Made by a program: the position numbers and the translations under genes. Under the pieces are notes generated by a model. The model was not told the origin of the DNA. It saw only the letters and a program-made list of their open reading frames with translations, and ran no database searches. 62,057 nucleotides of DNA from an uncultured Gammaproteobacteria bacterium. GTDB lineage: Bacteria > Patescibacteriota > Microgenomatia > Levybacterales > GWA1-39-11. Below, one piece after another: positions 46,512 to 56,579 of this stretch; position 1 is the first letter of the stretch; each line of letters begins with the position of its first letter. The DNA is taken from positions 1-62,057 of the forward strand of contig CAYRKM010000002.1 of NCBI GenBank assembly GCA_964425075.1, in the 5' to 3' direction.

Positions 46512-48488
46512 ATGTCATTTGACTTAGTTTCAAAATTCAAACCAACAGGAGACCAGCCGTCTGCTATTAAAAAACTGACTGACGGTCTTAAGAATAAAGA
46601 GAATAACCAAGTGCTTCTTGGTGTAACAGGTAGTGGTAAGACTTTTACAATCGCTAACGTAATAAAAAATTATGGACGCCCTACGTTGGTTATTTCACAC
46701 AATAAGACTCTCGCAGCACAACTTTATCAAGAATTGAGAGACTTTTTTCCAAATAATGCTGTCAGTTATTTTGTATCTTATTATGACTACTACCAGCCAG
46801 AAGCCTATCTTCCTACAACCGACACGTATATTGCCAAAGAAACTCAAATAAATGACGAAATAGACAAATTAAGACTAGCAGCCTCAACCAATCTTTTAAC
46901 TAGAGATGACACTATAGTTGTTGCTTCGGTTTCCTGTATTTACAACATTGGCTCGCCAACTGAATTTGGAAAATTTATTCTTGAAATTGCAAAAGGCGTA
47001 AAAGTTGCAAGAAGCGCTGTCGTTGATAGGCTTTTGGACTTAATGTACGCAAGAAATGACTATAACTTCAAAAGAAGCACCTTTAGGGTGAGGGGGGATG
47101 TTGTAGAAGTTTATCCTGGTTATGAAGACAATTCTATTCGTATTACCTTTGAGGGGGAATTTATATCAAACATTGAAAAAATTGACCCTCTAACCGGCAA
47201 TGTTCTTGAAAATTTAAAATATGCTGTCATTTATCCTGCCAAACAATATGTAACCGATACAAAGAAAGATATGGGTGTATTTTCCAAAATTAAAAATGAT
47301 ATGGAGGAGCAGGTCAGGAAATTTACAGAAGAAGGTAAATTGGTTGAAGCCCAAAGAATTAAACAAAGAACAGAATATGATCTTAAAATGATACGTGAGC
47401 TTGGGTATGTAAATGGAATTGAAAATTACTCAAGATACTTTGACGGTAGAGCTCCAGGAGACCCACCATATTCACTTTTGGAATATTTTAATAAAGTTTC
47501 AAAAGATTGGCTATTAATAATTGATGAGTCTCACATGACCATGCCTCAAATTCGAGGAATGTACAACGGTGATAGGGCTCGTAAGACAACTCTTATTGAT
47601 TATGGCTTTAGGCTTCCCGCTTCTTACGACAATAGGCCTTTAAAATTTGAGGAATTTGTAACACGAATAAAGAAAACTATTTACATGTCTGCCACACCAA
47701 ATGAGTGGGAGATTGACCTTTCGGGTAGTAAAAATATCGCTGAGCAGCTCATTAGACCAACTGGAGTAGTTGATCCTGAAATTGAAATCCGGCCCACTGA
47801 AGGCCAAATACAGGATTTAATGAATGAGATCGAGAAGGGCGTAAAGAAAGGAGAAAGAGTTTTGGTAACAACTTTAACCAAAAGAATGTCTGAGGATCTT
47901 ACGACTTTTTTGGAAGAAAGAGGAATAAAGGTGAATTATCTTCATTCGGATATTGATACGCTTTCACGTCAGGATGTTTTAGATGATCTTCGCTCTGGGG
48001 TATATGATGTTTTGGTGGGAATTAATCTCTTAAGAGAGGGCTTGGATTTGCCTGAAGTTGGTCTAGTAGCAATTTTAGATGCTGATAAAGAAGGGTTTCT
48101 TCGTTCCAGAAGTTCCCTAATTCAAATTATGGGAAGGGGCGCCCGAAGAGTGGACTCGCATGTTATTTTGTATGCCGATGTTCATACAAAATCAATAAAA
48201 GAAGCCGTAAGGGAAGTAGAAAGAAGACGGGAGCATCAATTAAAATACAATAAAGAACATGGAATTACTGCAAAAACTATTGAAAAAGAGATTCGTTCCA
48301 AGTTGATTGAAAGAGAAAGTGTTTTGGAAGATTTGAAACCACTTATTGAAAAAGATTTGCTTTTGCCTGATGAAAAGGAAAAGGTAATTAAGAAACTTAG
48401 AGCTGAAATGAAATTGGCAGCCAAGGATTTGGACTTTGAAACGGCGGCGCTACTAAGAGACAAAATCCGATATTTACAACAGCAGTGA
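46512..48488 (+). CDS. uvrB: excinuclease ABC subunit B
   Basis: FKPTGDQPSAI, Walker A GVTGSGKT, DESH box and C-terminal UVR domain (LDFETAALLRDKIRYL). The start is set at MSFDLVS by analogy with the usual UvrB N-terminus, so the TTG at 46491 is rejected. Confidence 0.96.
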   Translation: MSFDLVSKFKPTGDQPSAIKKLTDGLKNKENNQVLLGVTGSGKTFTIANVIKNYGRPTLVISHNKTLAAQLYQELRDFFPNNAVSYFVSYYDYYQPEAYLPTTDTYIAKETQINDEIDKLRLAASTNLLTRDDTIVVASVSCIYNIGSPTEFGKFILEIAKGVKVARSAVVDRLLDLMYARNDYNFKRSTFRVRGDVVEVYPGYEDNSIRITFEGEFISNIEKIDPLTGNVLENLKYAVIYPAKQYVTDTKKDMGVFSKIKNDMEEQVRKFTEEGKLVEAQRIKQRTEYDLKMIRELGYVNGIENYSRYFDGRAPGDPPYSLLEYFNKVSKDWLLIIDESHMTMPQIRGMYNGDRARKTTLIDYGFRLPASYDNRPLKFEEFVTRIKKTIYMSATPNEWEIDLSGSKNIAEQLIRPTGVVDPEIEIRPTEGQIQDLMNEIEKGVKKGERVLVTTLTKRMSEDLTTFLEERGIKVNYLHSDIDTLSRQDVLDDLRSGVYDVLVGINLLREGLDLPEVGLVAILDADKEGFLRSRSSLIQIMGRGARRVDSHVILYADVHTKSIKEAVREVERRREHQLKYNKEHGITAKTIEKEIRSKLIERESVLEDLKPLIEKDLLLPDEKEKVIKKLRAEMKLAAKDLDFETAALLRDKIRYLQQQ

Positions 48489-48494
48489 GGGTTT

Positions 48495-48503
48495 TGTTAT
48501 AAT
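48495..48503 (+). promoter_or_regulatory. extended -10 (TGTTATAAT), 6 nt upstream of the purS-like ATG
   Basis: TGTTATAAT-aaaagt-ATG, the same nonamer as the greA promoter. Confidence 0.45.
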
Positions 48504-48509
48504 AAAAGT

Positions 48510-48818
48510 ATGGCAGGAGTTGAAGGAGAGAAGCCAAACGAACACCAGATTTCGGTTAATGTAACCACAAAAGAAGGCGTACCAAATCCCTATATCCCCT
48601 ATTGGACAGGCCGCATTCACGAAGAATTGGGATTAAGAAATGTTCAGGTTACGGCTTTTGGACAACATATAGAATTAACGATAGAATCCGATACTCGCGA
48701 GGGAGCTGTAGAGATTGCCCGTGGTGCTTCAAATCAGCTTCTTGCTAATCCTGTTCATCAACAGTTCGAAATCGAAGGGGAAAACCTTAACTCAGATGAT
48801 CAAACCCCAACTAGTTGA
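48510..48818 (+). CDS. purS: PurS-like protein (FGAM synthase small subunit family)
   Basis: V.V..KEGV.NP...........LGLRNV..V..G..IEL......REGA.EIAR....QLLANPV.QQFEIE follows the PurS pattern. It has N- and C-terminal extensions. Confidence 0.6.
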   Translation: MAGVEGEKPNEHQISVNVTTKEGVPNPYIPYWTGRIHEELGLRNVQVTAFGQHIELTIESDTREGAVEIARGASNQLLANPVHQQFEIEGENLNSDDQTPTS

Positions 48819-48821
48819 ATT

Positions 48822-48830
48822 TGATATAGT
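48822..48830 (+). promoter_or_regulatory. extended -10 (TGATATAGT), 6 nt upstream of the purM-like GTG
   Basis: TGATATAGT-attcac-GTG. Confidence 0.35.
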
Positions 48831-48836
48831 ATTCAC

Positions 48837-49769
48837 GTGTATAACCCAACGAAACCTTCAACTGATTCAGTTTTGAAACTCATTCGCTCAACTTGGAAAA
48901 CGCCCTACCTTAAAATAACTCCTAGTACGTACGCCTTGTTTGAAAGGAAATTTAATTTTCCAGAAGTAGACCACACGGATGGTATAGGAACAAAAGGGAT
49001 TTACCATTGGAATAAAAAAACCTTCAAAGATGCTGTTGTTGACTCACTTGCGATGAATTTAAATGACTTGATCCTTGTTAGAGCAACCGCGTATAAATTG
49101 CAGAACCACTTAGTTTTACCAAAAGATGAGCCTTGGATAATTGATGAAATTATAAAAGTCTTGGTTCAGGAATGCAAAAAAAGACAAATTGCTATTACAG
49201 GAGGTGAAACTTCAATTCATAACACAAAAGACAGTTTTGATATCGGAATTACAATTTCAGGGTTTGTTAAAAACAAGGTGGAAAACAAGGCAAGAAATAA
49301 CGACGTTGTAGTAGGTCTTAAAAGCAATGGTCTTCATTCCAATGGGTTTACTCTTATACGCAAACTGTTTAAAAATGAATTTAAAACGGAATTTACCAAA
49401 CCTACCAAAATTTACTACGATGATCTTATTAATTTATTAGACAAGCTTGAGATTCATGGTATGATGCATATCACAGGGGGCGCATTTTCGAAGCTGAAAG
49501 GAATTATTAGCAGAAACCAAGACATTGTAATTTTAAATCCTATTAATCCTCAAAAAATATTTTTTGAGATTAGTCAAAAGGGTATTACTGCTAGCCGAAT
49601 GTATTCAACTTTCAATTGTGGAACAGGATTTATATTAACACTTAAAGAAAAGGATGCGTCGAGATTCTTAAAAAACATACCTTACTCCAAAAGAATCGGA
49701 TTTGTGGTAAATGGAAGTGGAAAAGTCAAAATTAAATCAAGTTTTAGTAGTAAGGAAATTGTAATTTAA
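48837..49769 (+). CDS. purM: AIR synthase (PurM)-related protein
   Basis: DGIGTKG, AMNLNDL, GGETS, GLHSNGFTLIRK, HITGGAF and NCGTGF follow the PurM-family order. It lacks the usual N-terminal ~40 aa of canonical PurM. Confidence 0.65.
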   Translation: MYNPTKPSTDSVLKLIRSTWKTPYLKITPSTYALFERKFNFPEVDHTDGIGTKGIYHWNKKTFKDAVVDSLAMNLNDLILVRATAYKLQNHLVLPKDEPWIIDEIIKVLVQECKKRQIAITGGETSIHNTKDSFDIGITISGFVKNKVENKARNNDVVVGLKSNGLHSNGFTLIRKLFKNEFKTEFTKPTKIYYDDLINLLDKLEIHGMMHITGGAFSKLKGIISRNQDIVILNPINPQKIFFEISQKGITASRMYSTFNCGTGFILTLKEKDASRFLKNIPYSKRIGFVVNGSGKVKIKSSFSSKEIVI

Positions 49770-49810
49770 CCTTTTAGATAAAAGTTAAGCTTAATATGCA
49801 GTAATTTTCC

Positions 49811-51226
49811 TTAGTTTAATTTTACAAAGTCAGAACCTTCAACCCAAAGAGGAGAACCGACCTCATCATTAATTGAGTTTACTTCTCCGACAAGCCACAT
49901 GTTTACTGTTCTTCCATCGGGAACTTTAACCTGTCTTGGTCCACCAAGCACTTTAAGTTCAACTTCTGGACTAAATCCTACCTCCAATGAGGATTCTTCC
50001 CCGCTATCCGACGAAGCTGCCAATGTCATTTTATTGGACTGTGAATAAATAATGCGGTAGGTTTCCCCAAGTGCTATCTTGTCAAAAGAAACTCTTTTTG
50101 CTTCAAGACCGTTATAAAAAAGACGACCACCAAGTGCATTTACAAAAAAATCCTGTTCGAAATCCAAAATTGTCGTACTGCCATTAATGCCTCCTCTGTC
50201 TATTCCAATTGCTCTTTTGAATGCTTCAGCATATTCTTCTATTGGGTTAATTGTAAGTCCATCCTGCGTCTCGTGTGGCGTGTCAAAGTCATTTCGTAAT
50301 CCCAACTTAGCTCTTATTCTTTGATATTCAGACGCAAAAGCTTCCAGTGAAAAGTCAGTATTTCTACTTGAATTAACAGCCTCAAAATGATGACCGAATT
50401 CGTGAGTGATGGTTCCTTCTGAACCCGAATGATTCGTAATTGTTAGCTGATTTAAACCACCTTCCCGATTGTACCAGGCACCTCCGGGGTCACCATTCCT
50501 ATAACCCTTAAAATGTACTTCCTTGATTAATGGCAAACCTAAAGATCTCATTAATTGCTGCATTCTTGAAAGATGAATAAGCTGTGTGGAATCTATTAAG
50601 GGAAAGGCATCTTCTTCAACGGAAATTGTAAATGGTAATTCTCGCAGGCTAAGAATATCCTCAATATCTTTCTGGCGCTCGCCAGACGAGTCTTCATATG
50701 TTAGGTTTTCTAACTCTTTTTTCAAGATCACAGCAACAATATTAAAGTCTACAGGTAAGTTCATGTCAAACCTACTTTCCATATAGGTAACTGTATTGCC
50801 GTTCTGGGTAAACTTTCCAGATAGTTGCGGTATTCCCTCAACAAGGCATAAACCGTTTTCGACATGGCTCCGTGCCTTTACTTTTATTTCCTGAATTATA
50901 GTAGGTACTCCATTTAGTAAGATTTGACCATCACTACCCACGACTGAAGAATTAATCGATTCGTAAAAACTATTTGCAGCTAAATAATTAGCCACAGGAT
51001 CAAGTTCATCCGGATTTGTCTCGTTTTCAGAAGATCTATTGCCAACATTTACAGGAAGGCATTCTATTGGTGGAATATCGCTAGCTTGCCTATATATAGT
51101 GTCTACTGCATTTTGAGTAGGTGTGTCTCCAAGCTCAATATAGTGGCCAGCAGCCAATCCACTCACAAATATGGAGGCAGCTCCGATAGCTGAGCCAACC
51201 TTTGTTCTAAAAGGAAATTCCTTCAT
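49811..51226 (-). CDS. membrane-anchored/secreted zinc metallopeptidase, M34-like (anthrax lethal factor / Pro-Pro endopeptidase type)
   Basis: N-terminal TM ([16 protein letters not shown]). HEFGHHFE, followed ~50 aa later by EEYAEAF, mirrors the HEFGH...E-x-FAEAF third-ligand arrangement of M34 enzymes. Confidence 0.5.
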   Translation of the reverse strand: MKEFPFRTKVGSAIGAASIFVSGLAAGHYIELGDTPTQNAVDTIYRQASDIPPIECLPVNVGNRSSENETNPDELDPVANYLAANSFYESINSSVVGSDGQILLNGVPTIIQEIKVKARSHVENGLCLVEGIPQLSGKFTQNGNTVTYMESRFDMNLPVDFNIVAVILKKELENLTYEDSSGERQKDIEDILSLRELPFTISVEEDAFPLIDSTQLIHLSRMQQLMRSLGLPLIKEVHFKGYRNGDPGGAWYNREGGLNQLTITNHSGSEGTITHEFGHHFEAVNSSRNTDFSLEAFASEYQRIRAKLGLRNDFDTPHETQDGLTINPIEEYAEAFKRAIGIDRGGINGSTTILDFEQDFFVNALGGRLFYNGLEAKRVSFDKIALGETYRIIYSQSNKMTLAASSDSGEESSLEVGFSPEVELKVLGGPRQVKVPDGRTVNMWLVGEVNSINDEVGSPLWVEGSDFVKLN

Positions 51227-51346
51227 AAGGCGGAATTATAGCAAGTTAGCCTAAAAACTTCAATGTGATGACTTCCCTTATTGAACGTCCCCCCCATTTG
51301 GGTGTACAATGGATGACTTTCACCCCATTTTTCAGAAAGTATTAAT

Positions 51347-54229
51347 ATGATGGCTGACAAAAAAATAATCATTAAAGGTGCACGCGAGCACAACCTCAAA
51401 AACATAGACTTGGAAATTCCCAAGGATAAACTTGTGGTTTTTACTGGTCTTTCTGGAAGCGGTAAGTCATCTCTTGCCTTTGACACCATTTATGCTGAAG
51501 GGCAGCGTAGATATGTTGAGTCTCTTTCTTCATATGCAAGACAGTTTTTGGGAATCATGAAAAAACCGAATGTTGACTTTATTGAAGGTTTGTCCCCTGC
51601 TATTTCAATTGATCAGAAAACCACTTCCCATAATCCTCGTTCAACTGTAGGTACAGTTACTGAAATTTATGATTATCTAAGACTTTTGTATGCTCGAATT
51701 GGTCGTCCTCATTGTCCAAAATGTGGTAGAGAAATTACAAAAACAACAAAAGAGAAAATAGTGGAGGAAATAATTACCAAATTTGCTGGTCTACAACCCA
51801 CAAAAATAATGATTCTTGCCCCACTTGTAAGTGGAAGAAAAGGTGAATTTGTTGATCTTTTTAAAGATCTTAGAAAGCGCTCATTTCAACAAGTAAGACT
51901 CGATGGAAAACTCATAAATCTTATGTCTGATATTTCTCTTCTTAAAACCAACAAGCACTCAATCGAGGCAGTCGTAGACAAACTTATACTTGATAAGAAC
52001 TATGAAAAACAGAGGATTCTTGATTCTGTTGAGCAGGCACTATCACTTGGAAACGGGGAACTTATTATAACTCAAGTTCTTGATAAAACTTTTTCCTTTC
52101 CGGAAAATCCAGAAAAGATGGAGGATACTTTTTATTCTGAGAAATTTGCTTGTCCATACGACGGAACACCAATGCCAAAAGTAGAACCTCGGCTTTTTTC
52201 GTTTAATTCTCCTTTTGGTGCTTGTCCAGAGTGTAATGGACTTGGACATATTTTGATGATTGATGAAACATTAGTATTAAATCCTCACCTTACGATCTCA
52301 GAGGGTGGAATACTGGCTTTTGCGAACCTTCACGAAAGAGAAACTTGGCTTACTAGAACGCTTAAGAAAGCCTTTGATGAAAACGATATCTCGATGACAA
52401 AATTAATTATGGAGCTAACTCCGGAAGAGAAAAAAATAGTTTTATATGGTACGGGAGACAAGGTATATAAGGTTGAAGGCCGAAACAGGTTTGGTGAGAA
52501 AACATCAATTTATGAAACATATCAGGGTGTTGTGGGATATCTTATGCAAAGATTTAATGAAACGGACTCAGAACTTATTAAAAAAGAAATTCAAAAATTC
52601 ATGACTTCAAAGATTTGCGAAACATGTTTGGGTGCAAGACTTAGACCAGAAGCGCTAGCCGTAAGTTTAAATAAAAAGTCAATTGTCGAAATCTCTGATA
52701 TGTCAATTGAAAATGCGTATTCATTTATGCAATCCCTTCCTGAATCATTAAGCTCAAAAGAGATGGAAATAGCAGTAATAATTCTCAAGGAAATTAATAG
52801 TAGGCTTAAATTTTTGTCTGATGTAGGGCTTTCATATCTAACTCTTGGAAGAAGCGCTGAAAGTCTTGCTGGGGGGGAAGCACAAAGAATACGACTTGCT
52901 TCGCAAATTGGAAGCGGACTGTCAGGAGTTTTGTATGTTCTTGATGAACCCTCAATTGGTCTTCACCCAAGAGACAACACCAAGCTCATTACAACATTAA
53001 AACATCTAAGAGACATTGGAAATAGCGTCATTGTTGTTGAGCACGATAGAGAAATGATGCAGGAGTCAGATTATATATTTGATTTTGGACCTGGGGCAGG
53101 AGAACATGGTGGGAGAATAATGGCGCACGGAACACCAAAGGAAATTGAGAAGGATCCAAAGTCAATAACAGGAAAGTATCTATCTGGCAAAGCTGTAATA
53201 AAAATAAAGAAAGGTGTTGAGTCTGAAAATAATAGGAAAATAACTCTAAGTGGGGTTACAGAGCATAATCTAAAAAATGTAACAGTCGAATTTCCTTTAG
53301 GCAAATTCATTTGCATTACTGGCGTCTCAGGAAGCGGAAAGTCTACGTTGATTAACGACGTTTTTTATCATGCAATTGCAATCAAAAGAAATCCCTTTCA
53401 CAAAGAAAAACCTGGACAGTTTTTGGAATTGACTGGTTATGAGGATGTAAAACGAATATTTATGATTGACCAATCTCCAATAGGAAGAACACCTCGTTCA
53501 AATCCCGCAACATACACTGGCGCTTTTACATACATCCGAGAGCTTTTTGCAAATTCTCGTGACGCACGTATGCGCGGATACACACCGGGTAGATTTTCAT
53601 TCAACGTTAAGGGTGGAAGATGTGAAACGTGTGAAGGAGAGGGTCAAATAAAAATTGAGATGCAATTTCTTCCTGATGTTTACGTAAAATGTGAAACGTG
53701 CAATGGTACACGTTATATGCAAGACACCTTGGAAATTCAGTTTGATGGGAAGAATATTTCCGAAGTGCTTAATATGAGTGTTGAAGAAGCTATTCCTTTC
53801 TTCTCATTTCATGAAGGTTTATCTTCAAGACTTTTAACTCTTAAAGAGGTTGGTCTTTCATACATAAAACTTGGGCAACCTGCTACCACTCTATCTGGTG
53901 GAGAAGCCCAGAGAATAAAACTTGCAACAGAATTATCCAAAAAGGGTGGAGGGGGATCTTTATACCTTCTTGATGAGCCAACAACAGGACTTCATTTTGC
54001 AGATCTTGAAAAATTGATTTTGGTTTTAAGGAGGCTTGTAGAAAAAGGCAATACAGTTGTGGTAATAGAACATAATCTTGATTTAATTAAGAACGCCGAC
54101 TATATAATAGACTTAGGTCCTGAAGGAGGCGATCTCGGTGGAAAGATTGTCGGCGTAGGAACTCCTAAAGAAATTACAAAAATTCCCAACTCCTACACTG
54201 GAAAATATCTTAAAAAGGAACTTAAGTAA
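51347..54229 (+). CDS. uvrA: excinuclease ABC subunit A
   Basis: Two ABC modules ([18 protein letters not shown]; LSGGEAQR twice) and zinc-finger cysteines ([19 protein letters not shown]...CETCNG). Confidence 0.98.
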   Translation: MMADKKIIIKGAREHNLKNIDLEIPKDKLVVFTGLSGSGKSSLAFDTIYAEGQRRYVESLSSYARQFLGIMKKPNVDFIEGLSPAISIDQKTTSHNPRSTVGTVTEIYDYLRLLYARIGRPHCPKCGREITKTTKEKIVEEIITKFAGLQPTKIMILAPLVSGRKGEFVDLFKDLRKRSFQQVRLDGKLINLMSDISLLKTNKHSIEAVVDKLILDKNYEKQRILDSVEQALSLGNGELIITQVLDKTFSFPENPEKMEDTFYSEKFACPYDGTPMPKVEPRLFSFNSPFGACPECNGLGHILMIDETLVLNPHLTISEGGILAFANLHERETWLTRTLKKAFDENDISMTKLIMELTPEEKKIVLYGTGDKVYKVEGRNRFGEKTSIYETYQGVVGYLMQRFNETDSELIKKEIQKFMTSKICETCLGARLRPEALAVSLNKKSIVEISDMSIENAYSFMQSLPESLSSKEMEIAVIILKEINSRLKFLSDVGLSYLTLGRSAESLAGGEAQRIRLASQIGSGLSGVLYVLDEPSIGLHPRDNTKLITTLKHLRDIGNSVIVVEHDREMMQESDYIFDFGPGAGEHGGRIMAHGTPKEIEKDPKSITGKYLSGKAVIKIKKGVESENNRKITLSGVTEHNLKNVTVEFPLGKFICITGVSGSGKSTLINDVFYHAIAIKRNPFHKEKPGQFLELTGYEDVKRIFMIDQSPIGRTPRSNPATYTGAFTYIRELFANSRDARMRGYTPGRFSFNVKGGRCETCEGEGQIKIEMQFLPDVYVKCETCNGTRYMQDTLEIQFDGKNISEVLNMSVEEAIPFFSFHEGLSSRLLTLKEVGLSYIKLGQPATTLSGGEAQRIKLATELSKKGGGGSLYLLDEPTTGLHFADLEKLILVLRRLVEKGNTVVVIEHNLDLIKNADYIIDLGPEGGDLGGKIVGVGTPKEITKIPNSYTGKYLKKELK

Positions 54230-54230
54230 T

Positions 54231-54677
54231 TTATGAGCCTTGGTTTAGATTTCGTAGCAAACTTGCAAAATCTTGTGTCCCATCAACCCTTTCAGCTCCG
54301 ATAGGACTTGCCGAGCTAATCACTAAACCGAGCTGTTGCGAATCTCTTGATAAATATTCCACCATATACGTATCGCCTATATAGATCGGTTGCTGACCCC
54401 TATAATGCATTATTAACGTACCATAATCCTTATCTAAATCTGGAAGTTTACGTATACCCGACTCGGACTCAGGATCTACCTGGAAAATAATGTCTTCCCT
54501 TTTATGTCCTATTAATAGATTCGGCAGAAGATCGAGCTTTGTCCTGCTTTTTCGACGCAACGCTCCAAGAACAATATCTGTTCCTATAAGATATGCTGAA
54601 TCATTAGATACAGCAAGGCGCATCGAAAAAGGCCTATCTACCTCTACCAATCTTCTCAACTCTGGTGATCCTGCCAT
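54231..54677 (-). CDS. hypothetical protein (148 aa, no recognisable family)
   Basis: The ORF has a TATAAT (54689..54684, minus strand) 6 nt before its ATG. It is divergent from the transglutaminase-like gene and its stop lies 1 nt from the uvrA stop. Confidence 0.5.
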   Translation of the reverse strand: MAGSPELRRLVEVDRPFSMRLAVSNDSAYLIGTDIVLGALRRKSRTKLDLLPNLLIGHKREDIIFQVDPESESGIRKLPDLDKDYGTLIMHYRGQQPIYIGDTYMVEYLSRDSQQLGLVISSASPIGAERVDGTQDFASLLRNLNQGS

Positions 54678-54719
54678 TTTGCGATTATACTATACGAGTT
54701 TGTATTTTGATAATATTAA

Positions 54720-56579
54720 ATGATGTCTTGGCGAATTTTTATTATTACTTGCTCCTGCATACTTCTTACTATTCTTTCTTCATTTTTTACAGTCAAAAAA
54801 GCTTTTGCTGATGAAAATTTTGATATATCTGTCAATTCAAATTATTCCATAAAGGAAGATGAAGTCACCACCTTAACGCAAAATATTCAGATAAAAAATA
54901 AGTCCGAGTCTATTTATACTCCTTCTTATTCTGTTTCTGTTGGCTTTAAGAACATTGAAAAAGTTGAGGCCTTCGGGCCTGATGGCACGATTCCTCTCTC
55001 CCAAAAAGATGTTGATGATAATACCAAGGAAATAAAGCTCACTTTCCCAAAAAGATACGCCGGTCTTGGCACAGTTAATTCATTTACACTACGTTTTGAC
55101 ACAAAAGACGTAGCCAAAAAACAAGGAAATGTTTGGGAAGTTTCTGTCCCGGGGATAGCAAATGTGGATGATTTTGCTTTATATAATGTTGCAGTTAGCG
55201 TCCCCTCAGAATTTGGAAATGCCAAAATTGTAAAACCCCAGAAAAGTACTGGAAATTTAAGAACAATAACTTTTAACAAAAACGAGATAGGAAAAGCTGG
55301 GGTTTTTATTATTTTTGGTGACAAGCAATATTATAAATTTACATTGAAATACAATATTTCAAACCCTAATTTATTCCCTGTTAGAACAGAGGTAGCTTTT
55401 CCTCCCCAGACTAACTATCAAAACGTTATTCTACAGAGTTTATCTGACATTCCCGAAAATGTAGTTAGGGATGAGGATGGAAATTGGCTCGCTGAATATA
55501 GACTTTTGCCCCAGCAAAAGAAAACCATAATAGCAAGTGGTTTTGTGGAAGTTCTTTCAGAACCTAAGAAAAGTCCTATTAACGAAAAGCAGTTTAGTCG
55601 AAACTTAAATCCACAAAAATACTGGGAAACCAAAAGCTCAAGTGTTCAAAATGCCTCAAGGGAATTATCGTCTCCGCAGTCTATTTATGATTACGTTGTA
55701 AAAACTCTTGATTATAATTTCGAAAAGGTCACAAACAACAATAAAAGGCTTGGTGGAGTAGGTGCCCTGCAAGATTCAAAAAATGCAGTCTGCCTTGAGT
55801 TTTCCGATCTTTTTATATCCCTTTCAAGAAGTCGCGGAATTCCTTCGCGCCTACATGAAGGGTTTGCCTATACAGAAAATGACAAACTACGACCCTTGTC
55901 TCTTGTAGACGACGTCTTGCATGCATGGCCAGAATATTATGACAGCTCCAAACAACAGTGGGTTATGGTTGATCCAACTTGGGGAAAAACCACAAAGGGA
56001 ATGGATTACTTTAATACCTTGGATTTTGAACATATTACATTTGTTGTAAAAGGTGGGGATAGCGAATATCCGATTCCTGCAGGAGGTTATAAGTTTGACA
56101 GAAAATCAAAAGATGTTGAAATAGAATTTGCGGACTCAAGAGATTTTGTTTTAAATCAAAATTTTGAAATAACAAATACGCTACCTCGTTTTTCATTTCC
56201 TGGATTTCCTATTGAGGGGGAATTTATTATAAAAAACACTGGTAATACGCCAATTTCAGAGGCTAACGCAGTTGTTTTTACAAACTTTGGGGAGAAAACC
56301 AACTACTACATCGATTACATCCCACCATTTGGTACTAAAAATATAAAAGTGAAGTACGACAAAATCCCCTTTTTGACAAACAAAGACTATACCATTACAA
56401 TGCAATTGAACAAAACTGTCCATAAAACTTCAGTTCATGTATCATTTATCCCAGATGCAAAGCTATTGCTTGTTGTTGGAGGAATTATAGGTGGAAGTAT
56501 CATTATTGCAACAATTACCTTCAGAACCGGGAGTTTACTTATTCAAAGACGCAAAAGGAAAGATTCTTTACGTAGGTAA
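54720..56579 (+). CDS. transglutaminase-like cysteine protease-fold surface protein with N- and C-terminal TM anchors
   Basis: Cys-His-Asp core (NAVCLEFSDLF, VLHAWPEYY, VMVDPTW) between beta-rich domains. A CARDB-like segment follows (EGEFIIKNTGNTPIS). The C-terminal TM is followed by an RRKRK tail. The start may be the second ATG (54723). Confidence 0.75.
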   Translation: MMSWRIFIITCSCILLTILSSFFTVKKAFADENFDISVNSNYSIKEDEVTTLTQNIQIKNKSESIYTPSYSVSVGFKNIEKVEAFGPDGTIPLSQKDVDDNTKEIKLTFPKRYAGLGTVNSFTLRFDTKDVAKKQGNVWEVSVPGIANVDDFALYNVAVSVPSEFGNAKIVKPQKSTGNLRTITFNKNEIGKAGVFIIFGDKQYYKFTLKYNISNPNLFPVRTEVAFPPQTNYQNVILQSLSDIPENVVRDEDGNWLAEYRLLPQQKKTIIASGFVEVLSEPKKSPINEKQFSRNLNPQKYWETKSSSVQNASRELSSPQSIYDYVVKTLDYNFEKVTNNNKRLGGVGALQDSKNAVCLEFSDLFISLSRSRGIPSRLHEGFAYTENDKLRPLSLVDDVLHAWPEYYDSSKQQWVMVDPTWGKTTKGMDYFNTLDFEHITFVVKGGDSEYPIPAGGYKFDRKSKDVEIEFADSRDFVLNQNFEITNTLPRFSFPGFPIEGEFIIKNTGNTPISEANAVVFTNFGEKTNYYIDYIPPFGTKNIKVKYDKIPFLTNKDYTITMQLNKTVHKTSVHVSFIPDAKLLLVVGGIIGGSIIIATITFRTGSLLIQRRKRKDSLRR

